Shown: piece by piece, positions 18,910 to 28,925 of the stretch
How positions within the stretch are numbered: the first letter of the stretch is position 1
Layout: every line of letters begins with the position of its first letter
Assembly: GCA_035328465.1 (NCBI GenBank)
Contig: DAOLIQ010000003.1
Coordinates: forward strand, 3,976 to 67,975
Origin: Ignavibacteriaceae bacterium
Lineage (GTDB): Bacteria; Bacteroidota; Ignavibacteria; Ignavibacteriales; Ignavibacteriaceae
Length of the DNA: 64,000 nucleotides
Reading direction: 5' to 3'
Made by a program: the position numbers and the translations under genes
Notes under the pieces: generated by a model
Databases searched by the model: none
What the model saw: the letters and a program-made list of their open reading frames with translations, nothing else
Told to the model about the DNA's origin: nothing

Positions 18910-19141
18910 AAAGTCTGAATATTTTATAATAATCTATTGCAGAGCGATAGAGACAATTTTTCAATTAAATAATTTTAAATTCGGAATATGCAGTCAATAT
19001 TAAACCAGTTTCAGTTTAATTCTATCTTGCTCGTTGTTTTGACTTGCTGCTTTTATTTAACTGCTGTCTGCGGCAATTCCGAATTATTCTTTAATAAGTT
19101 TTCTATGAAATTAAATATTTCATTAAAAGAGTTTTTCCTTT

Positions 19142-20704
19142 ATGATAAAAGAAATAATAATCAATTCCTCCACAAGCCAGACCCGAGTGGCGATTACGGA
19201 GGATGGAAATTTAGCCGACTTTTTTGTTGACTATCCTGAAAACAGACGAATGGTGGGGGATATTTACCTTGGCAAAATAGCCAGGGTATTACCGGGTATT
19301 CGCGCAGCCTTCGTTGATATTGGTATGCAGCACGATGCTTTCCTTCACTTTTCGGATATTGGAGATAGAACAAAGCAATTTCAAGAAATGCTTGGTGATG
19401 ATGCTGATGTTGATGAAGAGGAGGATGAACCAAACTCTGCCCCAAACAATTACCAGCAAAAACAATTTAATAAACAGCCCTCTCAGGTTGTTCCCCGCCT
19501 TGCAAAGGGGCAGGATATAATCGTTCAGATAACTAAAGAACCTGTCAATAATAAGGGTGTGCGTGTTACTTCTTCAGTTTCTCTCCCTGGAAGGTTTTGT
19601 GTTCTCCTTCCTTTTGATAACAAAGTTGGAATCTCCAAAAGGATTTCAGATTACCGCGAAAGGCGAAGACTTCGATCACTTGCAAGAAGTTTTCTTCCGG
19701 AAAATTATGGGCTTATTATAAGAACTGTTGCAAAAAATCAATCCGAAGAAGCGCTTCGTGATGATCTAAATACTTTGATGAAAACTTGGAATGAAATTGA
19801 ATCTACAGTTAAAACCGAAAAACCCCCCGCTTTGATTTATCAGGATGTAACTACTACTTCAAGCGTTATTCGTGATTTGCTGACCGCAGATGTCAGTAAA
19901 GTCTTTATTGATTCAAAAAAACTTTATAAACAAATTAAAAATTATGTCGAGATTGTTCAACCGGGGATAGTTGACAAGATTGAACTCTTTCGATCAAGCG
20001 GCGCTATCTTCGATTCATTTAAGATTGAAGAACAAGTTAAAACACTAATGGGAAGAAAAGTTTCTTTGCCAAGTGGAGGATATTTAATCATCGAGCAAAC
20101 TGAAGCGATGTTCGTTGTGGATGTGAACAGCGGCAGGTATGCGAAAAATAAAGAGCAGGAGTTAAACTCTCTTAAAACTGATCTTGAAGCTGCCCGGGAA
20201 ATTGCAAGACAGCTTCGTCTTCGTGATATAGGAGGAATTATTGTTATTGATTTCATTGATCTTGAAGATGATAAGAATCGAAAAAAAGTTTATGATGAAA
20301 TAAAAAAAGAAATGCGAAGAGACAGAGCCAAATCCTCCGTTCTTCCAATGTCAGATTTTGGATTAATGCAAATTACCAGGCAAAGAGTTCGTCAGAATAT
20401 AAATCAAGCAATGTTCGAAGTTTGTCCATATTGCCTTGGGAGCGGAAGGTTGACGAAGTACTCCCACCTTGTTTATGATATTGAAGAGTGGGTGCGCAAA
20501 TTTATAAAAGAGTCCAAGGAGAGATCCATTATATTAAAATGTCATCCTGTACTTGCATCCAAGTTCCGGGAAAATAAATATAAAACTCTGTGGAAACTTC
20601 GTCTTAAATATTTTGTTCGGCTTAAAATCCAGGAAGATGAAACAATGCCTTTGGGTCGTGTAAAATTAGTGGGCAAGAATAGTCAACAAGAATTCAGCGA
20701 GTAA
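19142..20704 (+). CDS. rng: Ribonuclease G/E family endoribonuclease
   Basis: N-terminal S1 domain (GDIYLGKIARVLPGIRAAFVDIG), DNase I-like catalytic region (VVDVNSG) and a Zn-link-like CPYCLGSG. Confidence 0.9.
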   Translation: MIKEIIINSSTSQTRVAITEDGNLADFFVDYPENRRMVGDIYLGKIARVLPGIRAAFVDIGMQHDAFLHFSDIGDRTKQFQEMLGDDADVDEEEDEPNSAPNNYQQKQFNKQPSQVVPRLAKGQDIIVQITKEPVNNKGVRVTSSVSLPGRFCVLLPFDNKVGISKRISDYRERRRLRSLARSFLPENYGLIIRTVAKNQSEEALRDDLNTLMKTWNEIESTVKTEKPPALIYQDVTTTSSVIRDLLTADVSKVFIDSKKLYKQIKNYVEIVQPGIVDKIELFRSSGAIFDSFKIEEQVKTLMGRKVSLPSGGYLIIEQTEAMFVVDVNSGRYAKNKEQELNSLKTDLEAAREIARQLRLRDIGGIIVIDFIDLEDDKNRKKVYDEIKKEMRRDRAKSSVLPMSDFGLMQITRQRVRQNINQAMFEVCPYCLGSGRLTKYSHLVYDIEEWVRKFIKESKERSIILKCHPVLASKFRENKYKTLWKLRLKYFVRLKIQEDETMPLGRVKLVGKNSQQEFSE

Positions 20705-20784
20705 AAAATCATTCATTAATAGATTAAAATATTTGTTTAAATAAATTCACAACTATCAAAAATAATTTTCTGAGAAAGATTATA

Positions 20785-21867
20785 ATGAAAAAAACAAAAT
20801 TGTATAAAGTCCATCAAAAACTCGGGGCAAAAATAGTTGAGTTCGCGGGATATCAGATGCCGGTTCAGTACACTTCAATTATATCAGAACATCAAACGGT
20901 AAGAAATTCTGTCGGAGTGTTCGATGTTTCTCACATGGGTGAATTCTTCGTTAGAGGCGAAAATGCTTTGGAGTTTGTAAATTATGTCACTATAAACGAT
21001 GCTTCCAAATTATTTTCAGGGCGGGTACAGTATTCTGCTATGTGTTACGAAGATGGCGGCATTGTTGATGATCTGCTTGTCTATAAATTATCTGATAAAG
21101 AATTTATGCTTGTGGTTAATGCTTCAAACATTGAAAAGGATTTTGACTGGCTAAGCCAAAACAATAAGTTTAATGTTGAACTAACTAATAAAAGCGATGA
21201 TTATTCTTTACTCGCAGTTCAAGGACCAAAATCAAAAGATGTAATTCAGAAAGTCTGTGATAAAAATCTTAATCTTGAATACTATCATTTTTTTAATGCA
21301 AAAATTGCCGGAGTAGAGGCAATTGTCTCGCGTACCGGTTACACAGGTGAATTAGGTTATGAAATTTATTTCGAAGGTGATGAGGCAACTGCTGAATTTA
21401 TTTGGGATAGAATTTTTGACGCAGGTAAAGAATTCAACATTCAGCCAATCGGTCTTGGCGCAAGAGATAGTTTGCGTTTGGAAATGGGCTACTGCCTTTA
21501 TGGAAATGATATTGATAAAACAACCAACCCCCTTGAAGCTGGTTTAGCCTGGATTACCAAATTAAACAAAGAAAGTTTTCTTGGTAAACAAGCATTGGAA
21601 AAATCTAAATCTAATGGGTTAAAAAGAAAGTTGGTGGCAATGACTTCTGAAGAAAAAGTCTTCCCCCGCCATGGTTATGATTTAACGATTGATGGGAAAA
21701 AAATTGGAACAATTACAAGTGGTACTGTTAGTCCCGTACTTGAAAAAGCAATTGCTCTCGGGTATGTAAATTCAGAAGATTCAGTTATTGGATCAACAGT
21801 TAATTTTTTAATTCGCGGGAAAGAGTATCCTGCAAAGGTGGTAAAACTTCCTTTCGTAAATAAGTAA
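20785..21867 (+). CDS. gcvT: Glycine cleavage system aminomethyltransferase (T protein)
   Basis: 360 aa with GVFDVSHMGEF, SRTGYTGELGYEI and ARDSLRLE motifs. Confidence 0.95.
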   Translation: MKKTKLYKVHQKLGAKIVEFAGYQMPVQYTSIISEHQTVRNSVGVFDVSHMGEFFVRGENALEFVNYVTINDASKLFSGRVQYSAMCYEDGGIVDDLLVYKLSDKEFMLVVNASNIEKDFDWLSQNNKFNVELTNKSDDYSLLAVQGPKSKDVIQKVCDKNLNLEYYHFFNAKIAGVEAIVSRTGYTGELGYEIYFEGDEATAEFIWDRIFDAGKEFNIQPIGLGARDSLRLEMGYCLYGNDIDKTTNPLEAGLAWITKLNKESFLGKQALEKSKSNGLKRKLVAMTSEEKVFPRHGYDLTIDGKKIGTITSGTVSPVLEKAIALGYVNSEDSVIGSTVNFLIRGKEYPAKVVKLPFVNK

Positions 21868-21875
21868 TTTTAAAT

Positions 21876-22601
21876 ATGAAAATTGATGTTATCTTTTGCC
21901 CTGTTACTGTTGACGAATTATACTTTACAAACAGAACCACTGTAGTTATTGATGTTCTGCGTGCTTCATCGGTAATTACAACGGCACTGCAAAATGGCGC
22001 AAAAGAAATTATCCCTGTTGCAAATGTTGAGTTTGCTGTAAAACTTTCTGGTGGAATGTTTGGCGGTCAAACATTACTCGGCGGGGAAAGACACACAAAA
22101 AAAATAGAAGGTTTTGCCTTGGGCAATTCACCGTTAGAATACACACATGAAATTGTCGGCGGTAAATCAATTGTTCTGTATACTACGAACGGGACCAAGG
22201 CAATTGCAAAAGCAAAATTTTCTGAAAATCTTTTTATTTGCTCGTTCTTAAATTTATCTGCATTAACAAAACATCTTGTTGAACTGAAAAAAGATTTTGT
22301 GATAATTTGTTCGGGCAGAGCAAATCATTTTTCGCTGGAAGATACAATCTGTGCGGGTAAATTAATTTCGGAAATAAGTGAAACTATTGTAGATAATGAA
22401 CTTTCTGATTCTGCAAAGGCAAGCTTGATTTTATGTCAATCTTTTTCAGGCGATATACTTGAGATGTTTAAAAATTCCGAACATGGAAAAATTTTAATGA
22501 ATAATGGTTTTGAAGAAGACCTTATTTTCTGCAGTAGAGTAAATTCTACTGATGCGCTTCCGATATTATCTGGCAACGCTATAAAACTTTTCAATAAATA
22601 A
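21876..22601 (+). CDS. comB: 2-phosphosulfolactate phosphatase family protein
   Basis: 241 aa with VVIDVLRASS..TTAL and TTNGT motifs typical of the ComB family. Confidence 0.8.
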   Translation: MKIDVIFCPVTVDELYFTNRTTVVIDVLRASSVITTALQNGAKEIIPVANVEFAVKLSGGMFGGQTLLGGERHTKKIEGFALGNSPLEYTHEIVGGKSIVLYTTNGTKAIAKAKFSENLFICSFLNLSALTKHLVELKKDFVIICSGRANHFSLEDTICAGKLISEISETIVDNELSDSAKASLILCQSFSGDILEMFKNSEHGKILMNNGFEEDLIFCSRVNSTDALPILSGNAIKLFNK

Positions 22602-22625
22602 ATCTGAACATTATTCGGATTAAGC

Positions 22626-25070
22626 ATGGCTAAAAAAAGAAATAAGAGCAGCGAGAATCATTCTAATGAATCATCGTCTTATTATGCAATGTCATCCGAA
22701 AAGTTTAGAAAAATACTTGGGCTATTTGTTTTTGTTTTATCAATCTTTTTATTTCTGAGTATTATCTCATACAGCAGAAGTGACGAAGACAGCCTCACAG
22801 GATTATTCGATAATTTATTCTCTTCGGGTTCAGATAATATCTCAAATTGGATGGGCATAATCGGAGCTTACTTCTCCGACTTTTTTGTTCATCGCATCTT
22901 CGGCTACTTCTCGATAATAATTCCTATAATTCTTTTTGCCTGGGGTATTCACCTATTCAACAAATTTGATTTGAGAATCCTTCTTCACAGTACAAATTTT
23001 TCTTTGCTTGCAGTGATAATAATTACTTCAATTTTCGGACTGCTTGCAAATAATTTGGATATTTTATCCGATACACATGAACTATCCGGCAAGGTGGGAA
23101 CAGTAATCGGAAGCTATCTCGGGAATCAGCTTGGAAGCATCGGAGGTCTTATTTTATTGCTCGCGCTTGCTGTAACTCTTTTAATAATTGCCTTTGATAT
23201 TAATATCGAAAATCTTTTGCTAAGTATTGTTTCAATATTTAAGATGAAAGATGATGCTGAAATTAATGGGGAAGATCATCCCGATAAAGAAGGAAAGTCT
23301 ACCGGTAATATCGAAAAAATTAAAAAACTAACAGACGAAAAGCCAAAGAAGAAAAAATTATCTAAAGATGAACTAACTGCCGAAGAATTAATGGAAGCAG
23401 AAGCGAAAGAGCAAACCCGAATAAGAATAATACGCAAAGATGAACAACCAACATCTCAAGAAACTAATGAAGTTTTGCGGGATGAAGTAAAAAAGGTTAA
23501 CCTCGAAAAAGTCGGTGAACTTCCAGATAAAAAAACTTTAGACGAAAATATTGATGAAGGACTCCCTGATCCGTGGGAAGAAATACCGGAATACAAAAAC
23601 CCTTCGCTTGATTTGCTAGAACCGGTTCCTGAAGAAAATTTTAAAGTTGCCGAGGAGGAATTAAAAAAGAACGCTGAACTACTAAAAGAAAAACTTAAGT
23701 TATTTGATATCGAGATAAAAGATATCTCCGTAACCCCTGGTCCAGTTGTAACGCTTTACGAAATAGTCCCCTCACCCGGGGTCAAAATCAGCAAGATAGT
23801 TGGATTGGAAAATGATATAGCATTAGCCTTGGCAGCAAGGGGAATAAGAATAATCGCCCCCATCCCCGGCAAAGGAGCCATCGGAGTTGAAATTCCTAAC
23901 ACAGAATCAGCAATTGTAAAAGCACGTTCAGTTCTTGCAAAGATTAATGAATCAACGATGGAACTTCCGATGTCACTTGGCAAAACAATCAGCGGCGATG
24001 TTTACTTAACAGATTTGTCCAAAATGCCCCATCTGCTGATTGCCGGTTCTACAGGATCAGGAAAAAGCGTTGGAATAAATATGATAATTACAAGTTTACT
24101 TTTTGCTAAGAAGCCAAGTGAAGTTAAACTAATAATGATTGATCCAAAAAAGATTGAGCTTTCTCTTTATAATAAATTAAGAAAACACTACCTCGCAGTT
24201 TCGCCAGATCTTGATGAAGAAATAATTACTGTGCCGCAAAACGCTGTAATTCTTTTAAAATCAGTTGAGATGGAAATGGAGCAGCGATATGATAAACTAG
24301 CAAAGCTTGGTGTAAGAAATATCGTGGATTACAACAAAAAAGTTGCTTCACTTCCCAAGAAACCTGCTGACAGCACAGGGATGAAACATAATCACCTCCC
24401 CTACCTTGTAGTTATAGTTGATGAGCTTGCAGATTTGATGATCACCGCCGGCAAGGAAGTTGAAGAACCAATTACCAGACTTGCGCAATTAGCTCGTGCA
24501 GTTGGTGTACATCTTGTGCTTGCCACACAGCGTCCTTCGGTAAATGTAATAACAGGTGTTATCAAGGCTAATTTTAGTGCTCGTATTGCTTATCAAGTTG
24601 CAACCAAAATTGATTCACGAACAATTCTCGATATGAATGGTGCAGAGCAGTTACTTGGAAAAGGAGATATGCTGTTTCTGCCGACAGGCTCGCCAAAACC
24701 AAACAGAATTCAAAATGCATTTATTTCCACCGAGGAGGTGGAAAAGATAACTAACTTTATTAATCAACAGTCGGGATATTCACGTCCATATTTTCTGCCA
24801 AGTATTTATGATAAGAAAAAAGTTTCGGGAAGAGGGTTTCTTGCCGATCTCGATCCAATGTTTGAAGATGCAGCACGAGTTATTGTTCGTTATCAGCAAG
24901 GCTCTGTTTCTCTTCTTCAAAGAAAATTAAAACTGGGTTTCTCCCGTGCTGCCAGAATTGTTGATCAGCTCGAAGAAGCAGGCGTCGTTGGTCCAAACGA
25001 CGGTAGTAAAGCAAGAACAGTGCTGATTGAAAATGAAGAACAGCTTGAAACAGTGCTTAGGTCGCTGTAA
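22626..25070 (+). CDS. ftsK: DNA translocase FtsK
   Basis: N-terminal TM helices, K/E-rich linker, motor domain with Walker A GSTGSGKS and Walker B VVIVDELADL, and a C-terminal gamma wHTH (SVSLLQRKLKLGFSRAARIVDQLE). Confidence 0.95.
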   Translation: MAKKRNKSSENHSNESSSYYAMSSEKFRKILGLFVFVLSIFLFLSIISYSRSDEDSLTGLFDNLFSSGSDNISNWMGIIGAYFSDFFVHRIFGYFSIIIPIILFAWGIHLFNKFDLRILLHSTNFSLLAVIIITSIFGLLANNLDILSDTHELSGKVGTVIGSYLGNQLGSIGGLILLLALAVTLLIIAFDINIENLLLSIVSIFKMKDDAEINGEDHPDKEGKSTGNIEKIKKLTDEKPKKKKLSKDELTAEELMEAEAKEQTRIRIIRKDEQPTSQETNEVLRDEVKKVNLEKVGELPDKKTLDENIDEGLPDPWEEIPEYKNPSLDLLEPVPEENFKVAEEELKKNAELLKEKLKLFDIEIKDISVTPGPVVTLYEIVPSPGVKISKIVGLENDIALALAARGIRIIAPIPGKGAIGVEIPNTESAIVKARSVLAKINESTMELPMSLGKTISGDVYLTDLSKMPHLLIAGSTGSGKSVGINMIITSLLFAKKPSEVKLIMIDPKKIELSLYNKLRKHYLAVSPDLDEEIITVPQNAVILLKSVEMEMEQRYDKLAKLGVRNIVDYNKKVASLPKKPADSTGMKHNHLPYLVVIVDELADLMITAGKEVEEPITRLAQLARAVGVHLVLATQRPSVNVITGVIKANFSARIAYQVATKIDSRTILDMNGAEQLLGKGDMLFLPTGSPKPNRIQNAFISTEEVEKITNFINQQSGYSRPYFLPSIYDKKKVSGRGFLADLDPMFEDAARVIVRYQQGSVSLLQRKLKLGFSRAARIVDQLEEAGVVGPNDGSKARTVLIENEEQLETVLRSL

Positions 25071-25126
25071 TTATTTTATCCTTTTTAATTTCGATTCAAT
25101 AGTTTTAGATTAGGAAAAGAAAATTT

Positions 25127-25735
25127 ATGACAAGAAAATTATTATTGATATTTATTTTATTGCTGTTTAATTGCTCGATCCTTTTACCACAGGATGATGC
25201 TAATCAAAAATTAAAGATAGTACAGGAAAAATTTAATTCGCTCAAGGATTTCACTGTTGATTTTTCGCGCACTTTGAATTCGAAGAAAGATCTTTCCGGC
25301 AAAATGCTCTATAAATATAAAAATAAAATAAGACTGGATATGCAAAACACAATTGTTATTTCAGATTCCAAAAGCATCTGGAACTTCAATAAAAAAGATA
25401 ACAAGGTTTTCATCACAAATGCAGAATACGACAGCAATTCATTTTTATCTTTAGATAAATTAGTAAACGAATATCCATCCGAATGTAAAGTAAATATAAT
25501 TAAGATAGATGCACGCGAAGTAATTGAATTAACACCCGGTAATTCAAATTTGCAATTCAAAAAAATTTTAATCTGGACTAACAATGATAATCTTTTATCA
25601 AAAGTTACCGTTGAAGATCAGACAATTGGGAAAATGGAACTTAATTTTGCGGGATACAAACTAAACTCGAATATTGCTGATTCTAAATTCTCATTTACCC
25701 CCCCGGAAGGAAGCACAGTTATTGACCTCAGATAA
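25127..25735 (+). CDS. LolA-like outer membrane lipoprotein carrier protein
   Basis: Signal peptide, ~200 aa, LolA-like pattern (F.SLKDFTVDF...GKMLYK..NKIRLD) ending in SKFSFTPPEG..VIDL. Confidence 0.7.
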   Translation: MTRKLLLIFILLLFNCSILLPQDDANQKLKIVQEKFNSLKDFTVDFSRTLNSKKDLSGKMLYKYKNKIRLDMQNTIVISDSKSIWNFNKKDNKVFITNAEYDSNSFLSLDKLVNEYPSECKVNIIKIDAREVIELTPGNSNLQFKKILIWTNNDNLLSKVTVEDQTIGKMELNFAGYKLNSNIADSKFSFTPPEGSTVIDLR

Positions 25736-26777
25736 TCAGCTAAGTAATTCACCATTTAGAAGGTATATAAATTATATTTTAACATTATTACTAACAGTAG
25801 TATTTGTTTTAATTGCTTTCAGAGACGTAGATTTCGGCGAAGTGCTCGAAATAACATCTCACGCATCTTTCTACTGGATCATGATTTTAATCCTTTCACT
25901 TTACTTATCACATTTCTTGCGTGCTGTAAGATGGAAGGTGATCATCAGATCAGTGAAGCCTGAAGCAAAATTGAAATATCTTTTTGGGGCATTGATGGTC
26001 GGATACGGAGTCAATTGCGTAGTCCCGCGTCTCGGTGAAGTTTCACGTTCGGTACTGCTTGGCAGGTGGGAGGGGTTATCCCGTTCGTCTATGTTTGGAA
26101 CGGTTATTCTTGAAAGGATGATAGATATTTTTTTCTTCGGATTGTCTTTGATTATTGCAGGGCTGCTTTATAACGGAAATGTTTATGTCGAATTTCCCTG
26201 GCTGAAAACGACTCTCGTCGTTTTACTTTTAACAGTTGTATCAGGAGCAATCCTGTTGGTTGTTTCAGTTAAATTTAAAGAGACTTTTTACAAACTTATA
26301 AAATTTATTCTGCAAAAATTTTCTGTGAAAGCATCGGAAAAATTAATCCATATTTTTGAAATGTTGGTTGAGGGATTATCCAGTTTAAAAGGAAGTAATA
26401 ATTATTGTATTTCGATTTTACTAAGTGTAGCAATTATGCTTCTCTACGGATTTAACTCCTACATTGGATTCTTTGCATTAGGAATGGATGGGATTCAACC
26501 AATAAATTTTGGAATGGCGTGGATTGTAATGAGCATTAGTTCGATCGGCGTAATGATTCCAACTCCTGGTGGAACAGGATCATATCACACAATCGCTAAA
26601 TCAGTTCTCGTACTACTATTTGGATTTGCTGATACTATCAGTCTTGCTTACGCTTTTCTGATGCACATTGTTTCTTATCTTTTATTTATTTTCACCGGAC
26701 TAATTGTATTTTTCTTACTCAATAAACAACATGATAACATTATGAAAGTTGTGAAAACAGAACTGGACGATTTATGA
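25674..26777 (+). CDS. UPF0104 / lysylphosphatidylglycerol-synthase-TM-region family membrane protein (flippase-like)
   Basis: Polytopic membrane protein with LRAVRWK and GEVSR motifs typical of this family. The start is uncertain: the TTG at 25674 overlaps the upstream gene, and TTG at 25722 is an alternative. Confidence 0.65.
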   Translation: MLILNSHLPPRKEAQLLTSDNQLSNSPFRRYINYILTLLLTVVFVLIAFRDVDFGEVLEITSHASFYWIMILILSLYLSHFLRAVRWKVIIRSVKPEAKLKYLFGALMVGYGVNCVVPRLGEVSRSVLLGRWEGLSRSSMFGTVILERMIDIFFFGLSLIIAGLLYNGNVYVEFPWLKTTLVVLLLTVVSGAILLVVSVKFKETFYKLIKFILQKFSVKASEKLIHIFEMLVEGLSSLKGSNNYCISILLSVAIMLLYGFNSYIGFFALGMDGIQPINFGMAWIVMSISSIGVMIPTPGGTGSYHTIAKSVLVLLFGFADTISLAYAFLMHIVSYLLFIFTGLIVFFLLNKQHDNIMKVVKTELDDL

Positions 26778-27415
26778 AAAAATATTTTTCACTTATCTCT
26801 ATTCTCCTTGTATCATTTCCGATGTATGCTCAGTATCAAGCAAGAGCAAGCATGGGCATTGATTTTGTAAGCACACCATCCTTAACCGATTATATAAATA
26901 TTTACATACAGCCAGCTACCCAATTAGGTAGCTTTAACTCTGCAGTTGTATTTTCAGGTGAACTTGGATACAATGTTGAGAGCAATTTCCAGATAGGAAT
27001 TGAATTGGCGTACTCTTTGAATTCTTACACATCAAGCTTGCTTAATGGACAGTATGATCTTTCTTATGGAATAATTATGCCTTCGCTGAATGCATATTAT
27101 TTAATCTCCGGCGAAGGCTACAATTTTAAGTTTGGCGGAGGCGGGGGGGTAAGATTAGTAAGTGCCGATGAATCTCTTCCCGGTTTAGGTGCGGCAATTA
27201 ATTATTCATCAACAGGAGTAGGATTCATTTTGAGAGTCGAAGGAAATACTTTACTCGGCGGAAATTTCTATGCGAGCATCGGCGGCGATCTAAGGTATGA
27301 CATAAATGGCAAGCCTTCGAACGGTGATAATTTTCTCGGCGGAAGATCCGACATTTCTACAAACTTTAACTCATTCTCGGCTGGTATAAAGTTGGGAATA
27401 TCATATTTATTTTAG
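26774..27415 (+). CDS. Outer membrane beta-barrel protein (porin-family-like)
   Basis: Signal peptide, alternating beta-strand pattern, C-terminal aromatic residue (ISYLF). ATGA overlap with the upstream gene. Confidence 0.6.
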   Translation: MKKYFSLISILLVSFPMYAQYQARASMGIDFVSTPSLTDYINIYIQPATQLGSFNSAVVFSGELGYNVESNFQIGIELAYSLNSYTSSLLNGQYDLSYGIIMPSLNAYYLISGEGYNFKFGGGGGVRLVSADESLPGLGAAINYSSTGVGFILRVEGNTLLGGNFYASIGGDLRYDINGKPSNGDNFLGGRSDISTNFNSFSAGIKLGISYLF

Positions 27416-27423
27416 GAGTTAAT

Positions 27424-28275
27424 TTGAATTTATTTGAAGCAATAATTCTTGGTATTATTCAAGGTGTAACCGAATTTTTACCCATTAGCAGCACAGGTCA
27501 TCTTACACTTGCCGGGCAATTTATGAACCTTATTTCAGTTGATCATCCTGAAAGATGGACCTCATTCATTGCTGTAATTCAACTTGGAACTTTGATTTCA
27601 ATATTAATTTATTTTAGAAATGAGATCATAGAGATAACCGCAAGTTTTCTGAAAGAAAATATTTCTCATCGGGTTAAATACCAAGCCCAATCTTCTAATT
27701 CGAAACTTGCATGGCTCATATTTTTAGGTACTCTCCCTATCGTAATCATAGGTTTACTATTTAAAGATGAAATTGAAGGAGTGCTGACAAAAAATCTTTA
27801 CGTTATAGCCTTTAGTCTTATAGCGCTTGCAATCATTCTTGCCATTGCTGAAAAAATTTCTAAGCAAAATAAAAAGATTGAAAACACCGGGGTAATGGAA
27901 GCGATCATCATCGGTCTTGCCCAAGCAATGGCACTTATTCCGGGCTCATCTCGCTCGGGCACAACAATTACAGGTGGACTTTTAGTCGGACTGAATAGGG
28001 AAAGCGCAGCAAGATTTTCATTTCTACTAAGCATACCGGCAGTATTCGCGAGTGGCTTACTGCAGTTTATCGAATCGCTCGAATATCTTGATGCATCTGC
28101 TTTTCTGAATTTGACTGCTGCAACTTTGGCATCTGCAATTAGCGGTTACCTTGCAATAGATTTTTTATTAAAATATTTAAAAAAGCACAGCACATTCATT
28201 TTTATTTACTATAGAATAATTATAGGTGTGCTGATACTAATTCTATTATCTATGAATATCATTCAACCACAATAG
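27424..28275 (+). CDS. uppP: Undecaprenyl-diphosphate phosphatase
   Basis: [18 protein letters not shown] and [10 protein letters not shown] motifs; TTG start. Confidence 0.93.
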   Translation: MNLFEAIILGIIQGVTEFLPISSTGHLTLAGQFMNLISVDHPERWTSFIAVIQLGTLISILIYFRNEIIEITASFLKENISHRVKYQAQSSNSKLAWLIFLGTLPIVIIGLLFKDEIEGVLTKNLYVIAFSLIALAIILAIAEKISKQNKKIENTGVMEAIIIGLAQAMALIPGSSRSGTTITGGLLVGLNRESAARFSFLLSIPAVFASGLLQFIESLEYLDASAFLNLTAATLASAISGYLAIDFLLKYLKKHSTFIFIYYRIIIGVLILILLSMNIIQPQ

Positions 28276-28283
28276 GAGATACA

Positions 28284-28922
28284 ATGTTAAAATTTTTCAT
28301 ACTGAATTTATTATTTCTTTTGCTTGTAAGTTGTAACAGTAAAGTTGAAACTGAAGGGAAAGAAAACTCAAAACCAACTTCAGATATTAATCAATCAATT
28401 ATACAAACAAAAGAAAGTGATTCAATGACCGTTGCAATAATAAAAACTAATATGGGCACTATCGAACTTGAACTGTTTGCCGACCTTGTGCCTAAAACCG
28501 TAGAAAATTTCGTTGGACTCGCAAATAAAGGCTATTACAATGGAGTAATATTTCATCGCGTAATCGATAAATTTATGATTCAAGGCGGCGACCCGACCGG
28601 CACAGGACGGGGCGGGGAAAGCTTTTGGGGCGGAAAATTTAATGATGAATTTGTCACTACTCTTCGCCACGATTCAGCCGGCATATTGTCTATGGCAAAC
28701 GCAGGACCAAATACGAATGGAAGCCAATTCTTCATCACTCTTGTACCTACCCCCTGGCTTGATGGCAAACATACTATTTTTGGAAAAGTGATTAATGGAA
28801 TGGATGTGGTTTCTGCGATTGGTAAAGTTGCTAAAGGTCCGAACGATCGCCCGTTAAAGGATGTGGTAATAGAAAAAGTTGAGATTGGAAAAAGGGAAAA
28901 ACCGGAACTTAATTCCAAATAA
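28284..28922 (+). CDS. Cyclophilin-type peptidyl-prolyl cis-trans isomerase (exported lipoprotein-like)
   Basis: Signal/lipobox-like LLVSC, then [18 protein letters not shown] and [17 protein letters not shown] motifs. Confidence 0.92.
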   Translation: MLKFFILNLLFLLLVSCNSKVETEGKENSKPTSDINQSIIQTKESDSMTVAIIKTNMGTIELELFADLVPKTVENFVGLANKGYYNGVIFHRVIDKFMIQGGDPTGTGRGGESFWGGKFNDEFVTTLRHDSAGILSMANAGPNTNGSQFFITLVPTPWLDGKHTIFGKVINGMDVVSAIGKVAKGPNDRPLKDVVIEKVEIGKREKPELNSK

Positions 28923-28925
28923 TTA

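Noticed and set aside
18988-19230. 80-aa ORF in the pnp-rng spacer, overlapping the rng start
   Set aside because: It has no recognisable family, overlaps the well-supported rng start by about 90 nt in another frame, and sits in a region better explained as a structured leader.
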